Assembly (NCBI RefSeq): GCF_009914755.1 | Contig: NC_060932.1 | From: the human T2T-CHM13v2.0 reference genome, Homo sapiens | Length of the DNA: 64,000 bases | Strand: one strand, 5' to 3' | Shown here: piece by piece, positions 29,232-40,974 of the stretch | How the letters are laid out: every line of letters starts with the position of its first letter | Numbering within the stretch: the stretch's first letter is position 1 | Made by a program: the position numbers and the translations under genes | Notes under the pieces: model-generated | Seen by the model: the letters and a program-made list of their open reading frames with translations, nothing else | Told to the model about the DNA's origin: nothing | Database searches by the model: none

Positions 29232-32200
29232 ACAATTACTACTAGACCTCAGAAATGAAGTTGATGGCAACACAATGATAGTGGGGGTCTTCAATGCTCC
29301 ACTGAGAGCACTAGAAAGGTCCAAGACAGAAAGTCAACAAAGAAACAATGGACTTAAAGTATACCCTAGAACAAATGGACTTAACACATATTTATAGAAC
29401 ATTCTACCCAACGACTGCAGAATGTACATTCTGTTCATCAGCACACGGAACATACTCCAAGATAGACCATATGATAGACCACAAAACAAGTCTCAATAAA
29501 GATAAGAAAATCGAAATCATTATCAAGTGCTCTCTCAGACCACAGTGCAATACAATTGGAAATCAACTTCAAAAGGAACCCTCAAAACCATGCAAATATA
29601 TCAAGTTGAATAACCTGCTCCTGAATGATCATTGGGTCACCAATGAAATCAAGATGGAAATTTAAAAATTCTTTGAACTGAATGGTAATAGTACACAACC
29701 TATCAAAACCTCTGGGATACAGCAAAAGCAGTGCTGAGAGGAAAGTTCACAGCATTAAATGGCTACATCAAAAAGTCTGAAAGAGTACAAATAGGCAATC
29801 TAAGGTCACACCTCAAAAAACTCAGAAAACAAGAATAAACCAAATCCAACCCCAGCAGAAAAAGAGAAATAACAAAGATCAGAGCAGAACTAAATGAAAT
29901 TGAAATAAAAAAATACAAAAAATAAATGAAACAAAAAGTTGGTTCTTTGAAAAGATAAACAAATATGATAGACCGTTAGTGAGATTAACCAAGAAGAGAA
30001 GAGAGAGGATCCAAATAACCTCAATTAGAAACAAAATAGGAGACATTACAACTGATGTTACAGACATACAAAAGATAATTCAAGGCTACTATAAACACCT
30101 TTATGTGCACAAACTAGAAAACCTAGAGGAGACAGATAAATTCCTGGAAATATACAATCCTCCTAGATTAAACCAGAAAGAAATAGAAGCTCTGAACAGA
30201 TCGATAATGGGTAGCAAGATTGAAACAGTAATAAAAAAAATGCCAACAAAAAAAAAGTTCAGGACCACATGGATTCACAACTGAATTCTTTCAGACATTG
30301 AAAGAATTGGTGCCAATCCTACTGAAACTATTCCAAAAGATAAAGAGGGAATCTTCCCTAAATCATTCTATTAAGCCAGTATTACCCTAATACCAAAACC
30401 AGGAAAGGACATAACATAAAAAGAAAACTACAGACCAATATCACTGATGAACATAGAAGCAAAAATCCTCAACTCAATACTAGATAAATGAATTCAACAG
30501 CATATTAAAAAGATAATCTACCATGATCAAGTGAGTTTTAAACAAGGGATGCAGGGATGGTTTAACATACAGAAGTCAACAAATGTGATACACTACATAA
30601 ACAGAAGTGAAAACAAAAATCATATGATCCTCAATAGATGCATAAAAGCATTTGACAAAATCCAGCATTCTTTTATGATTAAGACCTTCAGCAAAATTGG
30701 CATAGAAGGGACATACCTAAATGGGAAAAAGTTGAAAGCGTTCCCCCCTGAGAACTGGAACAAGATAAGGATGCTCACTTTCACCACTTCTATTAAACAT
30801 AGTACTGAAAGTCCTAGCCAGAGCAATCAGACGAGAAAAAAATAAAGGGGATCCAAATTGATAATGAGGAAGTCAAACCGTGGCTGTTCACCGATGATAT
30901 GATCATATACCTAGAAAACCCTAGAGACTTATTAAAAAAGCTCCCGGATCTGATGAATGAATTCAATAAGTTTCTGGATACAAAATCAGTGTGCACAAAC
31001 CAGTAGCACTGCTATCCACCAACAGCGACCAAGCTGAGAATCAAATTGAGAACTCAACCCCCTTCACAACAGCTGCAAAAAGAAACCCTTAAGAATATAC
31101 CTAACCAAAGAGGTGAAAGATCTCTACAAGGAAAACTACAAAACACTGGTGAAAGAAATCATAGATGACACAAACAAATGGAAACATCCCATGCTCATGG
31201 ATGGGTAGAATCAATAATATGAAAATGACCAATGGCAAAAAACAATCTGTAATTTCAATGCAATTTTCATCAAAATACCATCATCGTTCTTCACAGAACT
31301 AGAAAAACAATCCTAAAATGTATAGGGAACACAAAAAGAGCCCACATAGCCAAAGCAAGACTAAGCAAAAAGAACAAATCTGCAAGTACCACATTACCAG
31401 ACTTCACACTATACCACAAAGCTATAGTTACCAGAACAGCATGATACTGATATAAAAACAGGCAAGTAGACCAATAGAACAGAATAGAGGATGCAGAAAT
31501 AAGGCCAAATACTTACAGCCAACTGAACTTCAACAAAGCAAACAAAAACATAAAGTGTGGAAAGGACACCCTATTCAACAAATGGTGCTGGGATAATTGG
31601 CAAGCCACATGTGGAAGAATGAAACTGGATCCTCATCACTCACCTTGTACAAAAATCAATCAAGATGAATTAAAGACTTAAATTTAACATCATCTGAACG
31701 ATAAAATTCTAGGAGATAACATGGTAAAAACTCTTCTAGACATTGGCCTAGGCAAAGACTTCATGACTGAGGACCGAAAATCAAATGCAACTAAAACAAA
31801 GATAAATAGATGGGACTTAATTAAAAAGCTTCTGCACAGCAAAAGAAATGATCAGCAGAGTAAACAGGCAACACACAGGGTAGAAGAAAATCTTCACAAA
31901 CTGTGCATCAGACAAAGGACCAATATCCAGAATCTACAAGGAATGCAAACAAATCAGCAAGAAAAACAACAGCAACAAATAATCCTATCAAAAAGTGGGC
32001 TAAGGGCATGAATAGACAATTCTCAAAAGAAGATATACAAATGACCAACAAACATATGAAAAAATGCTCAACATCACTAATTATCAGGGAATTGAGAATC
32101 AAAGCCACAATGTGATACCACCTTACTCCTGCAAGAATGGCCATAATTAAAACTTTTAAAAAAAAAATATGTTGGTGTGGATGTGGTGAAAAGGGAAAAC

Positions 32201-33228
32201 TTTTACACTGCTGGTGGGAATGTGAACTAGTACAACCACTGTGGAAAGGACTATGGACATTCCTTAAATAACCAAAAGTAGATCCGCCATTTGATCCAGC
32301 AATCCCACTGGGGGCATCTACCCAGAGGAAAATAAATCATTATATGAAAAAGACGCTTGCTTATGCATGTTTATAGCAGCAGAATTCACAATTGCAAAAA
32401 TATGGAACCAGTCTAAATGACTATCAACCAACAAGTGGACAAAGAACCAACAAGTGGATAAAGAATTTGTGGTATATATGTATGTGTATATATATTTGTG
32501 TGTATATATGTATATATATGTGTATATATATGTATGTGTATATATGTGTATATATGTATGTGTATATATGTATGTATATATGTATATATGTATGTATATA
32601 TATGCATATATATGTGTATATGTGTATATATAGTGTATATATGTGTATATATACACACATATACATATATAGTGTATATATGTGTAAATATATACACATA
32701 TATACATATACACATATATACATATACTCATATATATACACTATATATACACATATATATACACACACATATATATATACACATACATATATACACGTAT
32801 ATATACACATATATATATACACATACATATATACACATACATATATACACATACACATATACAATGGAATACTACTCTGCCATAAAAAGGAATGAAATAA
32901 TGGCATTTGCAGTAACCTGGATGGAATTGGAGACTGTTATTCTAAGTGAAGTAACTCAAGAATGGAAAACCAAACATCGTATGTTCTCACTTATAAGTGG
33001 GAGCTAAGCTATAAGGATACAAAGGCATAAGAGTAATATAATGGACTCTGGAGATGCGTGGGAAGGTATGGGAGTGGGGTGAGGGATAAAAGACTACACA
33101 CTGGGTGCAGTGTACACTGCTTGGGTCATGGGTGCAACAAAATTTCAGAAATCACACCTAACGAACTTATCCATGTAGCCAAACCCCACCTGTTCTCCCA
33201 AACGATTGAAATAATTAATAATAATAAA
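29232..33228 (+). mobile_element. L1PB-like element, 5'-truncated, decayed ORF2 plus 3'UTR
   Basis: ORFs 29348-29665, 29979-30284 and 30531-30845 are ORF2; 3'UTR aaaagactacacactgggtgcagtgtacactgcttggg. Confidence 0.92.
32473..32862. repeat. ~390 bp alternating purine-pyrimidine (TATG/TACA) microsatellite inside L1PB
   Basis: Direct reading; source of spurious Y/I/H/T-rich ORFs. Confidence 0.95.
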
Positions 33229-33495
33229 GGTGAGATCCAGAACAAAACAAGATGAGCCCATGAGGTGCACTTCTTGAGCAACACAATTCAATTTATTTAA
33301 TTTTACCTCAATGATTGTGAAAATATAGTTTTTCAATATTCTAAAGTCACGACTCTCATATACCTACAAAGTAAAAATATTTTTAAAAGAATTTTCTCTG
33401 CCTCTCAATGAAGGAGCCAGTAGGATGATAAAGCTTGATTCAAAGAGTACTTGAGGAAGTGAGTGTTCACAGGTATTTTTAAAAATGTTAGAGTA

Positions 33496-33907
<412 letters not shown>

Positions 33908-34814
33908 CTATAAATACTTTGAACCATTAGTTTTGAATTAAATGTTGACTCTGTAAGCTTGAGTGACAGTAGATATTGTATTTGTCTTCTCATGCATCAC
34001 CTGGAAAATTTGTGTGAGACTTTTTACAGATAGCAAATACTTGAAAACTTAAGAAAAAGTTGGCGAAAAACAATTTTGAGAAGATAAATGTTATATAAGC
34101 TGGGCCTTCAGGACCTTTGAAAGCTAGGAAAATTTTTATTTACTTTGCATAGGATAATGACAATAGCCATAAGAGACTGGGGCATGTGTTGAAGAAATAA
34201 GAGTTTTCAGAGATGATGATTAGATGCTTCTTAGCAAAAGTAAATTTGTAGAAAGGGAAGCCCAGAAGCAGATCAGAAATATGTAATTATGGAAGTTATT
34301 TTTAAGTTTTTTGCAACATGAAATTTGAAATAAATATGAAATAAACTTTCTCCTGTGTGTTCTTAGAATATCTTCATCATTTGTGTGATTAAATTTCTTG
34401 TGCATAAAAAAATGGGTAATGCTTATAAGAGAAGCTAGAAACTCAAAGATAAGCAGACATCCATAAAGGAAAGAAAGGCAAAGTGGAGCTAGGGATATAA
34501 AAATTACTTGTAATCCATTTTGGCTCTGCTCAGTTGGGCAGTTTCTGGTTTCTCCATATTAATCTTAAAGAAGAAATCAGCAGCCATTTATAAAATGATA
34601 AATCCTCATCATAAACATTTTAAAAATGTTGCAGGCTTTAAAAGGAGATATTTTAAGAATCCTGTGTGATGCTTAAATAGTTAACAAGAAGATTTAATTT
34701 TCTAATTGCTATTAGAAACTTAGGGAAAAAAATGGACCAGCATATAGAGCCTACACAGAAATAAAACTTAAATAGCATTGATATTTAAAGTTTTATGTTT
34801 CTCTTTCCTCCTAG

Positions 34815-35013
34815 TTCAAACCGGCTAATATGATTTGTAGGAAATCAGTTGGTAAAGAATGCGATTTCACTGAATATTGCAATGGGGACCTTCCATACTG
34901 TTTGCCTGACACTTATGTACGTGATGGAGAATATTGTGATTCAGGTGGAGCCTTCTGTTTTCAAGGAAAGTGTCGGACTTTTGACAAACAATGTGATGAT
35001 TTAATTGGAAGAG
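34815..35013 (+). pseudogene. ADAM5: ADAM exon: disintegrin loop and start of Cys-rich domain (199 nt, phase 0 to 1)
   Basis: Acceptor ctctttcctcctag|ttc, donor agag|gtaata; [66 protein letters not shown]. Confidence 0.95.
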
Positions 35014-35159
35014 GTAATAATCATAATTTTCTTCTTAGTCCCTAAATTCTGATTATTCCAAACTCTGTTATTGAATTTTATGGAACAAAAATGTAAATGT
35101 ATGTGTTAATGACTGAATTCTTGCATAATGTATATTAGTGTTAAAGAAAAAACAAAATT

Positions 35160-35480
35160 ATCTTTTCTTTTTCTTTTTTGAGACGGAGTTTCTCTCTGTC
35201 GCCCAGGCTGGAGTGCAGTGGCCTGATCTCAGCTCACTGTAACCTCCGCCTCTTTGGTTCAAGCGATCCTCCTGGGTTCAAGCGATCCTCCTGCCGCAGC
35301 CTACGGAGTAGCTGGGATAACAGGAGCACACTGTCATGGGTGGTTAAGTTTGTGTTTTTAGTAGAGACAGTGTTTCACCATGTTGGCCAGGCTTGTCTCA
35401 AACTCCTAGCTTCAAGTGATCTGCCCACATCGTGCTCCCAAAGTGCTGGGATTACAGGCACGAGCCACTGCGCCTGGCGC
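35160..35480 (-). mobile_element. Alu with an internal ~19-bp tandem duplication
   Basis: ggttcaagcgatcctcctg present twice; TSD aaaaacaaaatt on both sides. Confidence 0.92.
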
Positions 35481-36049
35481 AAAAACAAAATTTTCATGAT
35501 TGTGAAATGCAACAACAAAAAACCTCTCTGAATTTATATGGAATTTCTGTAGGAACAGAAAATAAACCTCAAGTGAAAATGCAGTTTTTCAAAATATTAT
35601 ATAGAATTTGTGGTGGGGGTTTAGTTTAAAGGAAACAAGGTTTCTTAATCAGAGGAAAGCAGGGCTAATCACTGATTAGTTGGGTTTCTAAGCGCTTGCT
35701 GAAAAGTGAGGGCTTCAGTTCATTAGCAATCTAGTCCATTTTGATAATTTCCTATAAATGTCATTTGCTTGATTGGAAGATACAAATTCCTGAACGTATG
35801 CAGTGCATGTTCTCCGAGAGAGTGAAATTTTTCATTCTTAGCCCTCCCTTGAGGTCTTCTCTAACCAGGTCATAGATCTCTAAATATTGTCTACAGCAAT
35901 GTGACTGCCAGGAATTTAAGAAGAAGGTGAGATGGGGGTTTTGATGATTTTCATAATTTTGTCCTGCTTTTCTAACAGAATCATTATTTGTACCATATGG
36001 CAAGACAATAGCTATAGACTTTAAAACATTGTTAACATACAAACAAAGA

Positions 36050-36320
36050 GCTGGGGCCAGTAGCTCATGCCTGTAATCCCAGCACTTTGGGAGGCCAAGG
36101 CGGGCGGATCACAAGGTCAGGAGTTCAAGACCAGCCTGGCCAACATGGTGAAGCCCTGTCTCTACTAAAAATACAAAAATTAGCCGGGTGTGCTTGGGAT
36201 GAGGCGGGATAATCGCTTGAATCCAGGAGGCCGAGGTTGCAGTGAGCTGAGATCACGCCACTGCACTCCAGCCTGGGCGACAGAGCAAGACACCGTCTTG
36301 GAAAACAAAAACAATAACAA
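36050..36320 (+). mobile_element. Alu (AluS-type) with an internal deletion in the right arm
   Basis: Dimeric Alu lacking part of the right-arm start. Confidence 0.9.
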
Positions 36321-36827
36321 AATCATTCAAACGAATGACCAGTAAAATTAGGAGGAATGGGACAGTACTTCAGATCTATGATCTAATGTTTCTTTAAGTA
36401 AAGCCAGGACTCAATGCTAGGCAGATAAAATTAGAGCCACATAGTGGATTGCCAATCAGGTGTCTTCCGGGTTATGCCATTCACTGTGTATTTAGTATTA
36501 TCAGTGATTTTAAGAGATTTTAAAGTCCTTTGTGAGAACTGTGGGAGTACACGGGTATTTGCCCCAAAGAGTACAGTTTTTTTTTTTTGGAAGGCAAGCA
36601 TGACTTCTAAAGCACCTTGATTTCAAAATAATGTATGTCCACTTCTAGTGACCATGTGTTCATGCATCTAGGACGTGATAATTCTGGACTTGACTACCAG
36701 TTTTTGTACTTATTTTTGAAAAACAATCTCACTTTGCTAGCCCCCTGAGGGCAATAGAAGCCTGATGAAAATTTACCCTCAATGGTAGCTGTATTTCAAC
36801 GCATATTAAATCCAGTTCTTTGTACAA

Positions 36828-36996
36828 TAACATGCTATACGGGTTTGCAGCCTAGGAGCAATAGGCTACACCATATAGCCTAGGTGTGTAGCAGGCTATA
36901 CCATCTAGGTTTGTTTAACTACACTGTATGATGTTCACACAACAATGGATACATTGCTCAGAACATATCCTCATCATTAAGCAACTGATGACTGTA
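36828..36996. mobile_element. Tigger3/MER7-like MITE end
   Basis: gcagcctaggagcaataggctacaccatatagcctaggtgtg...atgactgta. Confidence 0.75.
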
Positions 36997-37711
36997 CTCA
37001 GTAAATATAAGGTATTATTATTATTATTAGATTATGATGTGTGTTCCCTACAAATATCCAATTATTTGAGTAGGTCATCTATGACCTGTCATGGTTGGCT
37101 CAAATGATCCTTGAGCAGGGGTTGATATAATTCTGAAGTAGGCATTAGTTTTGCTTGGTAAAACCTATATGCTATTTGTAGGAAACAGACAATAAGAATT
37201 CTTATACCACAGGCCTAATACAAATCATCATGCCCCCCCAAATTGTTGATTTCTGGACAAAATATACTAATGAAGTTGTCACATTGAAAGACATAGCTTA
37301 TTTATCAAGCAATGGCATTTAAAATAGGGAAATCTGTAGATCTATGGTAAAAGAACGAGGTTAAGTATTAAGCTTTTTTTTTTCAAAAAAATCAAACCAG
37401 TGAAGGAAAAACACCTCAAATGGTTACCACCTTTTTCTAAGCTCTTTACTAAATTTTGTTTTTGGAAATGTCTGGCCCCTACAGCATGCTCCTCTTCAGT
37501 GTTATCTCTGCAAATGCAGAAACTTCCTATTGTAGGTATAATATAAAATGATGTTATTACCTTTGGTGTTATTTGGTTTGTGGTTATGTTTGCCCTAATA
37601 AGGCTGAAAGTCTCATGAGTTGTAAAGTTCCATATATTATTAGAGGGCTTTATGACCAAGTTGAGTTGTATATCATCTAGACAAATGTTAAGTGCTAATC
37701 CAACCGTTATA

Positions 37712-37998
37712 CAAGGGTTTCTCAACCTCAGCACTAGTGATAATGTAGGCCAGCTCATACTTTATTGTGAGAAGTGGGGGCAGGGAATGCTTCTCCTGTG
37801 CATTGTAGGATATTTGGCAGCGTCCTTGGCCTCTGCCCACTAGACAGGATGCCTGGAGAGACTTTTGGTTGTCCCAGCTTGGATGGGGTGAATCTTGGCT
37901 TCTAGTGAGTACAGGTCAGGGGTGCTGCTAAATGCTTTGTAATACACAGGATAGCCTCTACAACAAAGAATTATATCTGCTGTGCTGTGTTGAGACCT
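37712..37998. mobile_element. Two MER20 (hAT-Charlie) halves in inverted orientation
   Basis: 37712-37845 is an antisense MER20 3' part; 37853-37998 is a sense MER20 lacking its 5' end. Confidence 0.75.
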
Positions 37999-39927
37999 CC
38001 TTCTCTAGAGAGGGCCAGAAGTTTGACTACTTAAGCTGATTAAGACTCTGAAAAAGGATTATATTCCACACTAAAGTATGAACAGTCTTTGCAAAACTAA
38101 CCTGGTAATGTTTCTTTTTCAATTTTTAAGATATGATTTATCAAAAACCATATTGGATCAATATTCTTATGAAAGTGGCACAAAGGTTGGCTCTGGGCGT
38201 AGATATTTTCCAAACCATAGAAGCATACTTACCAGGGACGTGTAAAAGATTTGCTGGATTATTGAATAGTTGTGTGAGAAGGAGAAATAAACAATATTTC
38301 ATGATTATTTAATCAACTAATAAAATATGTTCAGGGTTTTCAGCATCTATATTCAGGCTTATTTAGTATATAGCACTATAAAATTTAAATGTAATCCTTA
38401 TACAAGGTCTGAGGATGCTTCAACTAATTTATCTAAAGCTACAATTGCTCTGGATTTAAGAAACAGACTACAAACAGGTGATGGAGCTTTGATGAGCACT
38501 GGGCAGTTAGGTAAATATTCCTATAATGTGACTTGACCTTTAATGAACACATAGACACTAACATTTATGATAATCTGGAAAACACAGTAAAGATGTGAAG
38601 GCTGCTTTGGGGTCCTGAAGGCATCTTTTACCTCTCAGTTCACTGAAAGATATTCTGAAATGTTTGAAAAAGTAAAATCATGTATGGAACTTAGTATTCC
38701 ATAAAATTAGGAACCAATTGTATATTTAGCCATTTAATCCTGGACATCCTTAAATTTATAAATGTCTTTCAGAAGTTTCTTTTGGATAATTATGAATAGT
38801 CAACAATCTTTTGACTATTTCAGACAAAGTTCTTCCTTTGGCTGACAAATTATGGCTAGGTGATAAAATAGGATAGGGAAGCTTTTCCTTAAAAATTTTA
38901 TACTTCCTTTTAGCCAATGGAATAGATAAATATATAGAGATAGCTTGAAAACTCCAAATAAGTACAGATAGGAGATCGCCTACTTTGGGCAAAGGTAGAT
39001 CTGGAAGGAAACTTTATATTTTGAGATGCTGATTTAAACCATGAGAAAAGTAAGGTGGATACTCAGAAAAGCCTTAATGTATTATTGTCGAAGTATTATT
39101 GTTCTGTAGCACCTTGTACATGTATGGATTGTGCTCCTTAACTGAGTGAAATTTACAGATCATGTTCTCCAAGTATGAAAGTCTGTGAAATTATTGAAGA
39201 TAGCTCTCTTGTCAATTAATAGTGGTAACAACAAATGATCTCTATTTTGATTACATATGACTAACATGATCAACGTAAACTACATCTAAACTACTAAGTC
39301 AAAGTAATAGGACAGTTATTATAGATGTTTGAATTTTTCAGAATTTTAAAATTAGACATAACTAAATATATAAAGGACTGAAGTAGATGAACATTGATAT
39401 TCTTTCTAATTTTAAAATTCAACAATTTTTATTTAGTGATTATTAGGATCTAATAATTATTAGGATCTAATAATCTAATAATAGATTATGACTCTAGTGT
39501 GGAGCAAGGAGAGTTAAATGAAGTGTTCTTTGTGTTTGTCATCATTATTGCACTAAAGATACTATTTTTCTACTGTTTCATTTAGAATAAGAGTAAACAG
39601 CATTTTCACAACGGGTAGGGAAGTAAGGCAGGAAGTAAATAATTTATAGGAAATAGAGAGGGCGACAGTTGCTTATTTGTCTAACAATACAGAAGCATTC
39701 TAATAATGTTGTTGTTTGTTTTCTGTTTCTGCAGAAGAAAGTCTTCTAGGCTTATAAAAAGGAGTTTGTTTTTTAATCCTAGCTCTGCCCCCAGAAACTT
39801 TTTAGTCCTGGGTAATTATAAACTTTCTTATGGATCACATTGTAATTTCCAGATTGAGTCTTTCATTTCTTTAATATAACTTAAATTCTGTATTGTAATT
39901 TACTTAAGTTTTTGTTGTTGTTCATAG

Positions 39928-40018
39928 GTTCAAGAGGTGCTCCGGTTTTCTGTTATGATGAAATTAATACCAGAGGAGACAATTTTGGAAACTGTGGCAC
40001 TGCACACTGTCTTTTTCA
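39928..40018 (+). pseudogene. ADAM5: ADAM exon: Cys-rich domain (91 nt, phase 1 to 2)
   Basis: Acceptor ttcatag|gt, donor ca|gtatgt; (G)SRGAPVFCYDEINTRGDNFGNCGTAHCLF(Q). Not in the ORF track; found by reading. Confidence 0.92.
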
Positions 40019-40642
40019 GTATGTATTTAGAAAATTATAAAACTGTTTGGAATGTAGGTTAGAGATTGTTAAAATCCTAGGAAATATATTATATGCAGTA
40101 AAATCGAATGTTGGGGGTCAGGTTTTCTTTATTACATCATCTGAGCTGGACAATATTATCCACTGCCTACAAGAACATTTGTTCAGCGCCTATAATGTTA
40201 AAACAACAATGACCATAAAAAGGTCCTCTGTTTATTGTTGTGATGAGCTAGACATTGTTATGCAGCTTATATATATTATATATTTATAATATAGGTTATA
40301 TTATTCAATTTATGTACATCAAATGTGTATAAGAATTACTTATCCCATTTACTATTGAAAAAACTGAAGACCAGAGATCATTTTCTCAAATTTCAGCAGC
40401 TATTGTGGAACAGATCACAGCTGTCATAGTGTAAAAACCATTAGTTTTTCACTTGCCAGATTGCCTCATGAAACAAAAAAGAATCATAACATAAGTCATT
40501 GTGCAAAAAAATATGTACTGAGAGAAAATAGTTGAAATTTGGATTTAAATTAGTAAATCACTTTTTAAAAATTTCACTGTATCAGCAACCTATGTTATCT
40601 CAATAAACAATAAGGTAATTTTTTTCTTCCTTGTGCTTCTAG

Positions 40643-40874
40643 ACATATTCTATGTGGAAAATTAGTCTGTACATGGGAACACAGAGACTTAATATCACGT
40701 CCAAATTTATCTGTGATTTATGCACATGTACGAGACCAAACATGTGTGTCTACATACCTACCCAGGAGGACGCCACCTCCAGTAAATTCACCTATTTCAA
40801 TCACATCATATTATTCAGCTGAAGACAGAGATGAAACATTTGTACAAGATGGTTCCATGTGTGGTCCTGATATG
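40643..40874 (+). pseudogene. ADAM5: ADAM exon: Cys-rich domain with hypervariable region (232 nt, phase 2 to 0)
   Basis: Acceptor gcttctag|a, donor atg|gtaatt; HILCGKLVCTWEHRDLISRPNLSVIYAHVRDQTCVSTYLPRRTPPPVNSPISITSYYSAEDRDETFVQDGSMCGPDM. Confidence 0.93.
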
Positions 40875-40974
40875 GTAATTAGAACTACACAAATTAAAGT
40901 GTTTTAAAATGATTTTTCTGGTTATACTCATTTTGACAATGTACTAACCAATGCATTTTCTTCCATTTTTTCTT

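Noticed and set aside
32318-33007. Five overlapping 100-169 aa ORFs rich in Y/I/H/T/C/V
   Set aside because: Translation artefacts of a stop-free TA/TG/CA microsatellite within an L1.
34220-34405. Minus-strand ORF containing Cys-Cys, considered as an inverted copy of the missing disintegrin exon
   Set aside because: No ADAM cysteine spacing (no GxCC motif) and no fitting splice sites.
37342-37758. 138 aa minus-strand ORF in mostly unique sequence (similarly 52065-52433 and 24750-25163)
   Set aside because: No recognisable domain or splice support; they partly overlap repeats or AT-rich intron and are expected by chance.
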